Source: Mustelus asterias
Taxonomy: Eukaryota
Reading direction: 5' to 3'
DNA: 64,000 nt
Assembly: GCF_964213995.1 (NCBI RefSeq)
Contig: NC_135834.1
Span: 11,222,001 to 11,286,000, forward strand
Part shown: piece after piece, positions 16,384 to 32,799 of the stretch
How the letters are laid out: the number at the start of each line of letters is the position of its first letter
Position numbering within the stretch: the first letter of the stretch is position 1
Program-made: the position numbers and the translations under genes
Notes under the pieces: model-generated
Told to the model about the DNA's origin: nothing
What the model saw: the letters and a program-made list of their open reading frames with translations, nothing else
Database searches by the model: none

Positions 16384-16541
16384 AGAATCATAGAATCCTT
16401 ACAGTGTAGAAGGAGGCCATTTGGCCCATCAAGCCTGCACCAACAACAATCTTACCCAGTCCCCATCCCTGTAACCCCACGCATTCACCCCACTAATTCC
16501 CCTGACACTAAGCAGCAATTGATCATGGCCAATCAACCTAA
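16384..16541 (-). mobile_element. Partial tRNA-SINE (3' half)
   Basis: AGAATCATAGAATCCTTACAGTGTAGAAGGAGGCCATTTGGCCCATC tail, shared with the copies at 36053 and 47295. Confidence 0.7.
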
Positions 16542-17831
16542 AGTGGTTAAGCACCTAAGGAAGGTGGTTAGATTTTCTTTTGTTGGTGATGGTCATTGCC
16601 TTGCACTTGTGTGAAGCAAATGGTAGTTGCCACTTATCAGCCGAAGCCTGAATGCTGCATGTGGACATAAGACTGTTTCCTGTAAGATGCTGTGAATGGA
16701 ACTGAATGCTGAAATCATCAGTCAATATTTCCACTTCTAACCTTATGATAGAGGGAGAGTCATTGATGAAGCAGCAGAAGATAGCTGGGCCTAGGACACT
16801 GACTTGAGGAACTCTCGCAGGGATATCCTGGGGCTTTGATAATTTGCCTCCAACAACTCTCGTCCTTCATGCTAGGTATAACTCCAGCCAGTGAAGAGAG
16901 TTTCCCCTTTTTCTCATTTCATTAAATTTTTCAAGTTTGACATTCAGTCAAAGATTGGTGTGATGTCAAGGGCAATCACTCTCAGTTCACCTCTGGCATT
17001 TAGCTCTATGTAGGATGTAATGAGATTTGGATCCATGTGGTCATGCCAGAACACAAACTGTGCATTGGTAAGCAGGTTATCGGTGAGTAAGTGCTGCTTG
17101 ATTGCATTGTCAATTATACCATCTGTCACTTAGCATATAATTGAGAGTAGGCTCCCTTCCTAACAGCACCGTGGGTGTGCCTACATCATAAGGACTGCAG
17201 CGGTTCAGGAAAGCAGCTCATTACCATCATCTCAAGGTTAATTGGGGATGGGCAACAAATGCTGGCATTGCCAGTGATGCTCACCACCCATGAAAGAATA
17301 AGAAACTGGCTCATAGGGCAGCAATTATCTGGTTTGGATTTCTCCTGCTTTTTGGCCTCTTTTAAGGAAAGCTTAAATCCATTCTGGCAGCGGCTGAATT
17401 CGAACTCACAACTCTACTGAATCTTAAGCCATTGGTTTAAACTGCGTCGCCACGCTACTTTTTTTTTCTTTGGACAGGGGAAACCTGGGCAATTCACCAC
17501 ATTGTTGAGCAGATGCCAGTGTTGTAGCTGCTCTGGAACAGCTTGGCTGCCAACATGATTAGTTTTGGCATATGTGTCTTCAGTGCAATGTGCAGGATGT
17601 GGGGGTCCCTCAGCTTTCTTGTATTCAGTGCCTTCAGCCATTCCTTGATGTTATGTGGACTGAATTGAATTTTCTGAAGAATGGCTTCTGTGATGGGGAA
17701 ATGCATGCAATGGATCATCCACTTGACACTTCTAGCTGAAAATGGTTGTAAATGCTTTTTGTCTTTTAAACTCAATCTGGGTTCCATCACTGAGGACAAG
17801 GAATTAATGGAGCCTCCTCCTGCCATCAACT

Positions 17832-18295
17832 GTTCAGTTGGTAGCACTGTCGCCTGAGTCACAGGATTCAGGGTAAAGTCCCACTTGAGAGTTTGAACAC
17901 AAAAATCAAGGCTGACTCTGCAGCGTAGTACTGAGGGAGTGCTGCACTGTTGGAAGTGCTGTCTTTCAGATGAGATGTTAAACTGAGGCTCCATTTGTCT
18001 GCTTGGGTGAATGTAAAGTATCTCATGACACTATTTTGAAGAAGAGCAGGGGAGATAACCCCAGTGTCCTGGCCAATATTTATCCTTCAATCAACATCAC
18101 AAAAGCATAGACGATCTGGTCATTATCACATTGCTGTTTGTGGGAATTTGCTGTGCGCAAATTAGCTGCCATGTTTCCTACATTACAACAGTGACTTCAC
18201 TTCAAAAGTACCTCATCGGCTGCAAAATGGTTTGTGATATTCGATGGTCGTGAAAAGTGCTATAGAAAAATGCAAGATTTTGTCTTTTTTCCTTT
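17832..18295 (+). mobile_element. Deu-domain SINE (SacSINE1-like)
   Basis: CAGTTGGTAGCAC A-box, GTACTGAGGGAGTGCTGCACTGT, GGTCATTATCACATTGCTGTTTGTGGG; colinear with 4966-5422. Confidence 0.8.
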
Positions 18296-19322
18296 CATTG
18301 TCCACCACCATTCATGACTGGATATGAGAAGTGCAATTAGAAATTGACAAAAAATGCTTGCTTTGCTCATTATGCCCACATCACCTGAATAAAAAAGAAC
18401 TTTACCATTACTATCAAACCAGAATCAATCACAATGAAGGGTATGCCAGGCCATGAGGTTACAGGTTTTGTGGAGTGCAATTCTACTGCTGCCGATGATC
18501 CACAGCACTTCATGATCACCCAATTTTGAGATGTTAGATCAGTTCTGAGGGAGCACATGGTGTCCACCAGTATGTTTAAGGTTTCTGGCACCAGGGGGAC
18601 TGGAAGGCTTCATTGAAATCCTGAACCAAATTTTAATTTGATTTAAGTTCCTTTAAATGTTTGATTTTTCTTGTTATAGTTTACTGGTTGTGCCTCTTTC
18701 AGCAGACAGTCACTGCCTTATTAATTGACTATAACACCTGCCAATCATTATTAATATAAAGAGGTAGATTTGTTCTGAATCTATCCCATTTAACGTGTGC
18801 CACACAACACATTGGAGAATATCCTCAGTGTGAAGACAAGTTTTCATTTCCACAAATGGTGATTCCTATCAATACTGTGATGCACAAATATATCTTGGTA
18901 AATTGGTGAGGTCAAGGTCAAATAGGTTTGCCCTCTTGTTGGTTCTCTCACCACCTGCCACAAGCCCAATCCGGCAACTGTGTCCTTCAGGACTTGATCA
19001 GCTCAGTCAGTAGTGATGCTACTGAGACACTCTTGATGATGGACATTGAAATCCCCCACCTACAATACATTCCCATGCTTTTGCTACCCTCAGTGCTTTT
19101 TCCAAGTGGTCTTTAACACTGATTACCTCCCTCATCTACTGAGGGAGGTGATCAGTAGGAAGTTTTTGTGCCCATATTTTACCAAATGCCATGAGGCTTA
19201 AGGGGGTCTGGAGTCAATGTGGAGGTCTCAGAGCCACTTTCTCCCAACTGTATGCCACTGTACCACCAGCTATGGTGGTTCAGTCCTGCTGGAGGGACAG
19301 AACATACCCAGGGATGGTGATG

Positions 19323-22300
19323 TGTTATGATCCCAGCTGATTTTACTACTGGACAGTCAGTTCCCAGAATGGAACCTGGCTCAATATACCTTTTTTTTAT
19401 TTAGAGATGTGGATGAAAGAATTGACTATAATACAATACTCCTTCACCCCACCTATATCCTTGCAGATGTACACAGATTTTAAAGATAACGTAACTTACA
19501 AAATATATCTTATACTATAATGTTCTCAGTAAGTACACAGTCCATGTAAACCAATAGGTGAAATGTGATCAGACATCCACACTCTGAAACCAAGTGGCAG
19601 ATGCCATCCAATATAACTTCTGTGGATTTCTCATTAAATGCCCCCAGATGCCTATCACATTGTGAGCCAACTGGTCTCACTGGAACTCTGACTTCCACAC
19701 GAATATTTCCAAACTCTACTCTTGGAAAAAACACACTTTAGAATCTTCTCCCAAACAACATTTTCTCTTGGAGGCCTTCACCAAGAATCCACTTCCAGGA
19801 TTTTAATCTCTTCTTTCAGTATTCTTCTGCTCTGGGTTGCCATTTGCATTCAAGCTTCCATGCAATCTCTCAGGTACGCAGCCATGCCAACAGAACACTA
19901 CTGCTTCACAAGCTGTATTAAAGTGTCACTAACCCTAGGATTACTTCAGGTGTCTGGCTTCTTGCTAACCAACTTCTGCAGGTCTGCTCCTTTCAGCTCT
20001 GTCTTTGATGGGAGCCTCTCTCTGCCTCTTTCTTTAACTTCAGTGAACAGTACTTTGTTCAGATTCCAGTTCTTTGTCCCTTTGACTTCAGTCTTCCTGG
20101 GACTTCTCTTTTATTTCTTGGCTTCTAGGACTACCTGTTCTTTAGCTTCTGGGATTTGCTTTCTGCCCTTTACTCCATTGTTCTGCCTCTCTGCTGGCAG
20201 TTTCTGTGAGAGCTGCTGTCTTCTCGGGTACCTGCTACCAACTGAACCACAAATGCTTATGCTTTTCAGTGTGGGCCCCTGGTTGCTAAGCAACAGCATA
20301 GTCTTTCATTAAACTCTCTTTGTTTTCATGTTGTGAATCCTTTAATTACAATGCTGGCACAGTGTAAAGTGACCAAAACCCACAGACATGCATGCCCCTG
20401 TTTAACATGAAGTTAAATAAAGTTTAAAAGCCTTTCTTACACAAAAACACAAAATTAAACTTACTTAAATATGTCATTATAAAGGATGTAGCAGCAGAAC
20501 ATTTAGAAATACATGATATCAATCAATCAGAGTCAGCATGGCTTCATGAAGGGAAAACCATGCCTGACAAATTTATTAGAATTCTTTGAAGTTGTAATGA
20601 GCAGGATAGGTGAAGTGGGGCCAGTACACGTAATATACCTGGATTTCCAGAAAGCATTTGCTAAGGTACTGCACAAAAGATTACTTAATAAGAGCCCATG
20701 GTGTTGGGTGTAGTATATTAGCATGGACAGAGCATTAACTGACGAATAGAAGACAAGAGAGTTGGGAATTTCAGGATGGCAACCTGCAACTAGTGGAATG
20801 CCACAAGGATCAGTGCTAGGGCCACAATTATTTACAATATATATATAATGACTTGGACGAGGGAAGTGAAAATACTATTGCCAAGTTTGCAGAAGACACA
20901 AAAATAGGTGTGAAGGCAAGTGGTGAGGATGGCACAAAGAGTCTACAGAGGGATATAGACAGGTTAAATGAGTAGGCAAAAACTTGGCAGATGGAATATA
21001 ATGGAGGGAAATGTGAAGTTATGAACTTTGGTAAGAAGAATAAGGGAGCTGAATATTATTTAAATGGAGAAAGACTGCAGAAAGCTGCGACACAGAGGGA
21101 TTTGGGGGTCCTTGTGCATAAATCACAAAAAGGTAGCATACAAGTTCAGCAGGTAATAGGGAAAGCAAATGGAATGTTGGCTTTTATCGGTTGGCCTCGG
21201 GTGGGATTTTATGAGCCTCGCCCGAGCGAGGTCGTAAAATTTCGCACATAGGGTTCTCAGGGAGCTTAACAGGGTAGATGCGGAGAGATTGTTTCCCCTT
21301 ATGGGAGATTCTGGGATCAGAGGGCATAATCTCAGAATAAGGGTCAGCCATTTAAAACAGAGATGAGAAGGAATTTCTTCTCTCAAGACGGTAGTGAATC
21401 TGTGGAATTCTTTACCACAAAGGGCTGTAGAGGCTGGGTTGTTAACTATGTTCAAAGCTGAGATAAACAGATTTTGAATCAGCAAGGGTTATGGGGATAA
21501 GACGGGAAAGTGGAGTTGAAGGTTAACATATCAGATCAGTCATGATCTCATTGAATGGCGGAGCAGACACAATGGTCTAAATGGCCTACTTCTACTCCTA
21601 CGCCTTATGGTCTTATTTCTAATACTCACAAATACAAATATAGCTTACTTAAAACTACCTCTGTTTCCTAACGCTTAACAGATCCTAACTTTTATTTTTT
21701 TTTAAAGAAACCATGGCGGTAAGTTCCTGAACAAATTTACAGGAGTGTACTGATGGACTTCTAACAAAAATAATAAAACATTTATTTCACAAGAAAAATG
21801 AACTATATTACACCAGACAAAAAGGTTGGAAGTATCTCAATACCAACACAAGAAAATGATTCAAATATTCAAAATTCCTTCACCCCAGCTATATCGTTAC
21901 TTACACAAACAAATTTGGAAAGATAAAACAATTTACCGTATCTATCTTATACTCTAATATTCATGGTATGTATACAGTACATGTGAATTAACAAGCAACT
22001 GTGATCAGACACACAACACTTTGACAGATGCAACCAAAGCAGGTTCTACAGATTTCTCAACAATCACCCCAAACACTTGTCACACTGTGAGCCAGCTGTT
22101 CTTACTGAAACTTTGTCTTTCTCATGAGGGTTTCCAATCTCCATGTTTGAAGAACTCACCTTGGAATTCTTGCCAAACGTTGCACCCACTTAGACAGCTT
22201 CAACCAGGATCCATCTCCAGGGTTTCAATCTCGCATTCTAAGATTCCTTTCCCCTGGATCTCCGTGTACACTGCAGCTTCACCTTCCAAGCACAATTTCA

Positions 22301-22700
22301 GATCTTTGGCCATGCCAAGCAGAACACCACTACTCCAAAGGGTACCTTTGCTCTTATAGCCTGCAGCAAGGAGCCTCCAAACTTTGGCTGCCCTCTTAGA
22401 TCTTCAGGGCTTCTGTCAAACCCATTTTGCTTCAAGCCTGCTCCCCACAGCTCTCTCTAATTTGGAGCCTATTGCTCCACTCATTTCTCTCAACTTTACT
22501 TAACAGGATCTGTTTCTGATCTGTCTGTGTCCCTCACCTGGGATCATCTTCTGGGACCTGTTTGTGCCCCACTACCTGGTTTGGGATCTTCTGCTTTGTT
22601 TGTGACCTTCTTATTGTCTCCCTCCCCGTGTCCCCCTCCTGGGATATCTTCTCTGCAATGGCACTCCAGTGTTGCACTGTTTTGCTCTTCTTTTCCTTTT
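19323..22700. repeat. Two related unclassified (LTR-like?) elements, ~19323-21672 and ~21700-22700
   Basis: First starts TGTTATGA; shared colinear blocks GTGATCAGACA (19565/22001), CAGATGC..GATTTCTC and CACAyTGTGAGCCArCTG; no recognisable coding motifs. Confidence 0.4.
20470..21615 (+). mobile_element. CR1 LINE, 5'-truncated, decayed RT
   Basis: SQHGFMKGKPCLTNLLEFFE, IYLDFQKAF, KFAEDTK, KCEVMNFG, RDLGVLVH and 3' AATGGCCTACTTCTACTCCTA. Confidence 0.9.
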
Positions 22701-23075
22701 GCACATGTGAGCATAACTATGTAAGGCTAGTCTGACAGCTCTCCCAATTTCGATGAAAGTGCCCAGAAGATAGTAAGAGGATTTTCAGGGTTGACTTGGC
22801 TAGGTATGCTTTTGTCAACTCTGAATCTGGTGCCTTGGTCCATCCTGGGTAGTCTGTCCAGTTTTATTCTTACTATAGTTTTTTGTAGCCATTTTTGCTA
22901 TAACTGACTGGCTTGCCAGGCTATTTCAGAGGGGACTGAATGGTTCTATCAATACAACCCAATACACTAACTTTATTTACATCTGTGCACAATAATACCT
23001 AGATATCTCAACCTCTTTCAGTATCATTCCCTGCAAGTGATATGTGTATTCTGTGTTTGCCGACATGCATGACAC

Positions 23076-24668
23076 ATAGAACATAGAACATAGAACATTA
23101 CAGCGCAGAACAGGCCCTTCGGCCCACGATGTTGCACCGACCAGTTAAAAAAAAAAACTGTGACCCTCCAACCTAAACCAATTTCTTTTCGTCCATGAAC
23201 CTATCTACGGATCTCTTAAACGCCCCCAAACTAGGCGCATTTACTACTGATGCTGGCAGGGCATTCCAATCCCTCACCACCCTCTGGGTAAAGAACCTAC
23301 CCCTGACATCGGTTCTATAACTACCCCCCCTCAATTTAAAGCCATGCCCCCTCGTGCTGGATTTCTCCATCAGAGGAAAAAGGCTATCACTATCCACCCT
23401 ATCTAAACCTCTAATCATCTTATATGTTTCAATAAGATCCCCTCTTAGCCGCCGCCTTTCCAGCGAAAACAATCCCAAATCCCTCAGCCTCTCCTCATAG
23501 GATCTCCCCTCCATACCAGGCAACATCCTGGTAAACCTCCTCTGCACCCTCTCCAAAGCCTCCACATCCTTCCTGTAATGTGGGGACCAGAACTGCACAC
23601 AGTACTCCAAGTGCGGCCGCACCAGAGTTGTGTACAGTTGCAACATAACGCTACGACTCCTAAATTCAATCCCCCTACCAATAAACGCCAAGACACCATA
23701 TGCCTTCTTAACAACCTTATCTACTTGATTCCCAACTTTCAGGGATCTATGCACACATACACCTAGATCCCTCTGCTCCTCCACACTATTCAAAGTCCTC
23801 CCGTTAGCCCTATACTCAACACATCTGTTATTCCTACCAAAGTGAATTACCTCACACTTCTCCTCATTAAACTCCATCCGCCACCTCTCGGCCCAACTTT
23901 GCAACCTGTCTAAGTCTTCCTGCAAACTACGACACCCTTCCTCACTGTCTACCACACCACCGACTTTGGTGTCATCAGCAAATTTGCTAATCCACCCAAC
24001 TATACCCTCATCCAGATCATTAATAAATATTACAAACAGCAGTGGCCCCAAAACAGATCCCTGAGGTACACCACTTGTAACCGCACTCCATGATGAATAT
24101 TTACTATCAACCACCACCCTCTGTTTCCTATCCGCTAGCCAATTCCTGATCCAATTTCCTAGATCACCCCCAATCCCATACATCTGCATTTTCTGCAGAA
24201 GCCTACCATGGTGAACCTTATCAAACGCCTTACTAAAATCCATATATACCACGTCCACTGCCTTGCCCCCATCCACCTCCTTGGTCACTTTCTCAAAAAA
24301 CTCAATAAGGTTAGTAAGGCACGACCTACCTGCCACAAAACCATGCTGACTATCACCTATCAATTCATTACTCTCCAAATAACTATAAATCCTATCCCTT
24401 ATAATTTTTTCCAACATCTTGCCGACAACAGAAGTGAGACTCACCGGTCTATAATTCCAGGGGAAGTCTCTGTTCCCCTTCTTAAACAATGGGACAACAT
24501 TCGCTAACCTCCAATCTTCTGGTACTATACCAGAGGCCAACGACGACCTGAAGATCAGAGCCAGAGGCTCTGCAATCACTTCTCTTGCCTCCCAGAGAAT
24601 CCTTGGATAAATCCCATCCGGACCAGGGGATTTATCTATTTTCAGACCCTCCAGAATATCCTGCACAT
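23076..24668 (-). mobile_element. Young CR1 LINE, 5'-truncated, uninterrupted RT domain (~500 aa)
   Basis: ORF 23173..24783(-): KSPGPDGI, NYRPVSLTS, QHGF, DFSKAFD, GVPQGSVLGP, KFADD, RPHLEYC; (TTCTATG)n tail at 23076-23097. The first ~38 aa of the ORF are flanking DNA. Confidence 0.95.
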
Positions 24669-27187
24669 CTAAATGAAATTTGCCATTGTGTGACCTACTC
24701 CTGTGCACAGTGGTTTTCAAACAGTCCACTGAGACCTTCCAGGGGGTCTGCAAAATGGTGTGAAAGTTGGACGGCATGGACAACTATCATGGACGTCGTG
24801 GTTAGAATAAAATATCATGGTCAAGAATAAGTGAATAAGCTGTGGCCGGAGGCTGGGAGGTAAGAGTGGCTTGTGATATTAATTGGACCAGGAAAGACAG
24901 GCTCTGCAATGAGAAGCAAGTGCATCTATCTCACAGGTATAAATAACTACCTGTTTACTTAAAAAAGTTATGAAAACAACTCCTTATATGCAGTAATTTA
25001 ATATTATTTGTATTATATCATACTATAACTTCGAAGGGGGGTATCTATAATTACTAATCAATTTGAAGAATCATAGAAAGTTTATAGCACAGCAAATGGG
25101 CATTTGGCCCATTAAGTCTGTGCCACTCAAAAAGCAAACCCCCCAGCCTAATCCTACTTTCCAGCAGTTGTTCCATAGCCCTGTGGGTTACGACACTTGA
25201 GGTGCACATCCAGAGACCTTTTAAATGAATTGAGGGTTTCTGCCTTGACTACCCTTTCAAGTAGTAAGTTACAGACCCCTAAAACCCTCCAGATGAAAAC
25301 ATTTTCCTCATCTCCCCTCTAAATATTCTACCAATCACTTCAGTCAAAGAGAACCACTGCTTAAAACATCTAAACTTATTTGCATTAGATTGCACTTCTC
25401 TGTTTTGTTTCACGTGTAAACGTTTTTTATTCGTTCATGGGATATGGGCGTCGCTGGCTGGGTCAGCATTTGTTACTCATCCCGGAGGGCATTTATGAGT
25501 CAAAACCACAGTGTATCTGGAGTCACACGTAGGCCAGACCAGGTAAGGACAACAGATTTCCTTCCCTAAAGGAACAACATTAGTGAACCAGGTGGGTTTT
25601 TACAACAATTGACTCATTAGACTTTTAATTCCAGATTTTTATTGAATTCAAATTTTACCATCTGCCATGATGGGATTCAAACCCAGGTCCCCAGAGCATT
25701 GCCCTGATTCACTGGATTACTCATCCAGCAACAGTACCACTACTGCCATTGATAAAAATAAAAGGAAATGTGGGGGCAGACTGATGCTACAACCGGTCCC
25801 TAGGTGTCACCACTATCAACGTGTCTCCAGGTTGAGACACGTCCATCAACTACTACATTTTAGTTGCAGGATTGGAACCAGTTCCTCATTCAATGTATGA
25901 AATTCCTGTTAATACAAGATCCTCCCAAGAAAATCTAGTTTAAAGTATCTCACCAATTACTTTCAGAAAGTCCTAATATTTAAAGGATTTTCCTCATCTA
26001 CTACTCTAGAGATTTCCTCAAATAAATCTATCCAATTTATATAGCATTTTCCAGAAGCCATGTTGTCAATTTCTAATGAAACCTTCCCTTCCCTAGTGAC
26101 CATAAAGTGAATCTCATGATTCTTTGCAGTATGAGTGAGGAATAGATGACGGTGACACAACACACAAGCCTCACAGAAAAATTTTGTCTAAGGCATACCT
26201 GTGGGACATGTGATTTATCAGATCAGTATTATCAAAAGCTATGTTCTTTGTAAATATATACGTGTTTTCAATATTCTCTGTAGATTTTTTTCTCTGTAAT
26301 TCAATTTTTGGTTTCAGAGATTGCCTTTTAATACACTCCAGAAATGTAACTGTAAATATTGGAGAGGTTTTCTTTCTCAATGTTATTTGATTGTTCCTCA
26401 GACACCCGAGATCCCTAATCTCCGATTCAGATATGAGAATGCTACCATTGAGACAGACAGAATGGTGATACCTAATGCTTTTAAGCCTCTACCTATTAAC
26501 TCGTCTTTCTAAAAGGAAATGTCTTCAGATTTGAATTGTATACCTTCATTTAATACAATGCGCAATAAAACCACTTACAAACAGATAGACAGCATTCCAT
26601 ATTGCTGAAAGGCAGCTGTTGAACCACTTTTAAAATAAAGATGCTGGACATATTTTAGTACAATATTGTGCGTAAGGTCCATCCTTTCCACATTCTAAAA
26701 TAAAAAGGGTACATGATGGAAGTGTGATATAAATTCTGCAGCAACTGCGGGCTTGGTCAAATTGCTTTTCTCATAGTCCGCATTCTGCAATCTCCGCACA
26801 TTCCCGCCCTTACTGCAGATGCCTGCAGGACATAGATTTCGTTATTCTTATACGGCAAACCCTATTAAAGCTTCCACTACTCCTTCAGCTTTTGTCTTTG
26901 TTTAACCATGTACAAATATTAAGTAGATGAAATGTGAGGATTTTTCAGACTGTCACTTTTTTTTCTAAGATTTGGTCTATGAAAGAAGATTAAGGGCGTG
27001 GCTGGACTGCTGGTAAAATTGAAGAGCAGGGCTGGAGGAAAAAAATGTTCCACTTCAAATCTCAGCACTTGCTTAAAGCAAAAGGTACTCGCCCCTTTTC
27101 TAGTACATTCTGCAGTGCTTTTTTGCGCAGTTCCCGAAACAGGATTTGTACCGTTAAAGCTGACGTGTTTTTAAATAACGACATTTG

Positions 27188-27290
27188 CCCAATCCAATCT
27201 GACTGACATCTTCTCCCGCCACCTCCTTTCTACTTCGGAACCAATGTCAATGAAAGACTAGACTAAGGCCGGCCTCCATCAATATAAAAA
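27188..27290 (+). promoter_or_regulatory. Core promoter of alpha-tubulin gene 2
   Basis: CCAATCCAAT near 27189, GC box CCCGCC, CCAAT 27241, TATAAAA 27283. Confidence 0.75.
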
Positions 27291-27408
27291 GGTGCCATCC
27301 GCCAGCATTTCGCATTCGGTTACTTACATCGACTCGTTACTGTCGGGCGAAGTAACAGTCATTATCTTTTGTAAGGTCATTTTCATCCGTATATAACTTG
27401 AAACAAAA

Positions 27409-30668
<3,260 letters not shown>

Positions 30669-31087
30669 AATATTTTTCACATCACAATATGGTGCTGCTG
30701 TAACAGGGAACTAAGAAAGAAGTACAAAACATTGAGAGTTAAACAGTGAATTGTAACTGAAGATTGACTAACTTGGACTGTTCTTCAGTTTACAGTCATC
30801 AGTTACACACTGCTGCATGGTTCATGTCCATTATTGTTCATTCACCATTGGAATGATGTTTGCATTCCATACGCTCTGCTATTGCAATTTGTTTTGTCTG
30901 CCCCTTCAATTAACTTCAGTTGGCTTTAGGTCAGTGGAAGCTACTTTTTTTGTTATTTAAACTGTGATAGGAGCTAAAAATTGTGATCATCAATAGTGTA
31001 GCAACATGCATCTGAATTGAGATTGCTGTGCAGCATTGCAAATTTCTGTTGCAAATGTAACTCCTGTTCTGTCTTTATGGTGTTATC

Positions 31088-31093
31088 AATAAA
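31088..31093 (+). terminator. Probable polyadenylation signal of gene 2
   Basis: AATAAA homologous to 15035, followed by GT/T-rich sequence. Confidence 0.65.
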
Positions 31094-31869
31094 AAGATCC
31101 CTGTTGTCTTCTGCCTTGTTGCAATTTAACATTTCTTAAACAAATGTGTAAAGTGCTGTGTATACAGTATTGATTTTGGAAGTTCCATCTGGAGTATATT
31201 CATCCGGTTCTGACTTATTTTACTGCCTACCCCCAACAGTTTAGAGTTGGGAGTACTCCAGCCTTGCGTACTCCTGAAGTTTGATCTCCTTACATAAGGA
31301 AGGACATGCTCCCTCCAGAGCAGGGATGGGGAATACCCAACCTGGGAGTGCATGCTACACTCTGAACCAGCTGCTGCTATGTTCTAATGCCTAAGCCTCA
31401 GCCCCAGTCACCAGAAGTTTAGGTTGTAGGGGAGTGAGCAAGCCTTTGAGACGCGGGAGGGCAGGGCTAGAAAGCTGCAGATTGGGTGGTAAAGAGTGTG
31501 TAACTCTGGGGTAGACACCCAGATCCATTGATAGCTAACCCTCTCTCCAGCTCCTGCCTCCATTGGTACAACAGGATAGAGGCTCAGACCCTGCAGATTG
31601 AGGAACCAAGTCTGGGTGGAGGTATAGCCATGGACTGGAAGTTGGGCAGAGCCTTGGGTGGCTGTGTCCTGCTGGTTTGAAAGTGGGAAAGGTGAGGGAG
31701 ACTGACAGTGGGGAAAGGAAGTAAACTGTTGAGCTGAATAGCGGGAGTGCTGAGATTGACACACAAGTAGTGCTCATAAGGAAAAGCAAACTCAGCCACC
31801 CTATTAAACCAGTGAGTGAGCTGAAAATTTCTGTATTCTCTCAATGTGGCCTGCAACTAAATAGAAAGG

Positions 31870-32310
31870 TTTCCAACAGACGTTGCACGAGACTGAAACA
31901 GAAAATGGGAGTAGGCCATTCGGCCCTATTTCTGCTCCACCATTTATTTTGATCATTCCTGATCCTGCCGCGCCCCGCCCCCCCAAATATCCCTTTAGCC
32001 CAAGAACTATGTCGAATTTCTTCTTGAAATCGCACAATGTTTTGGCCTCAACTACTTTATGTGGGTGTGAATTCCACACACCACTCTCCGGGTGAAGAAA
32101 TTTCTCCTCTCAGTACTAAAAGGTTTACCCCGTATCCTCAGACTATGATCCCTAGTTCCACCTTCCCCCTCCCCCTTCCCCCCACACACAATCGGAAACA
32201 TTCTGAATGTAGTGTGTCTAATCCCATTAGAAATTTATAAGTTTCTAATGAGATTCCCCCTCACTTTTTAAACTCCAATGAATATAATCATAAGCAGCCT
32301 AGTCTCTCCT
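31870..32310 (-). mobile_element. CR1 LINE 3' fragment
   Basis: WNSHPHKVVEAKTLCDFKKKFD C-terminal motif and GGAGTAGGCCATTCGGCCC 3' hairpin. Confidence 0.8.
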
Positions 32311-32332
32311 GGCTCCTAGGATGAGGGAATTA

Positions 32333-32650
32333 GAACCATAGAATTCCTACAGTGCAGAAAGGCCATCTCGCCCATTGAGTCTGCAAAAGAGCATCCCACA
32401 CAAATCCTCCCCTCTGTCCTATACTCATAACCACCCCTCCCAGCACGTTTACCAATGCTAATCCATCTAACCTACACATCTTTGGACACTAAGGGACAAT
32501 TTAGCAGAGCCAATCCACCTAACCTGCACTTCTTTGGACTGTGGGATGAAACCCACAGGGAAAACATGCCAACTCCACACAGTTACCGAAGGCTGAAATT
32601 GAACTCGAGTCCTGGCACTGTGAGGCAACAGTGCTAACCACTGTGACCAA
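32333..32650 (-). mobile_element. tRNA-SINE
   Basis: Tail CATAGAATTCCTACAGTGCAG, head ..GTGAGGCAACAGTGCTAACCACTGTG. Confidence 0.8.
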
Positions 32651-32799
32651 TGTGGTGGGCAGAGTCAACCAGGCCTTTATTACTTGGAGATTAGAAGAAT
32701 AAGAAGTTGAAACATAATGGCCGGATTCTCCCCAAAAAAGATTAAGTGACCAAGTGCGCCCAAAAATCTAAGTTGTTTCCTTACTTTTCTTCCTTGGAT

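Larger units (their letters stand above)
16090..22940 (-). mobile_element. Old CR1-type LINE split by nested insertions
   Basis: RT remnant (HLLTDNLLTNAQF..ELRVIALDI..FD, ORF 16944..17129); the sequence breaks at 17832 and 19322 and resumes at about 18295 and 22705. Confidence 0.6.

Noticed and set aside
19722-20312. 196 aa hydrophobic ORF
   Set aside because: Lies in a CT-rich repeat; composition explains the Leu/Ser/Phe richness and there is no splice or domain support.
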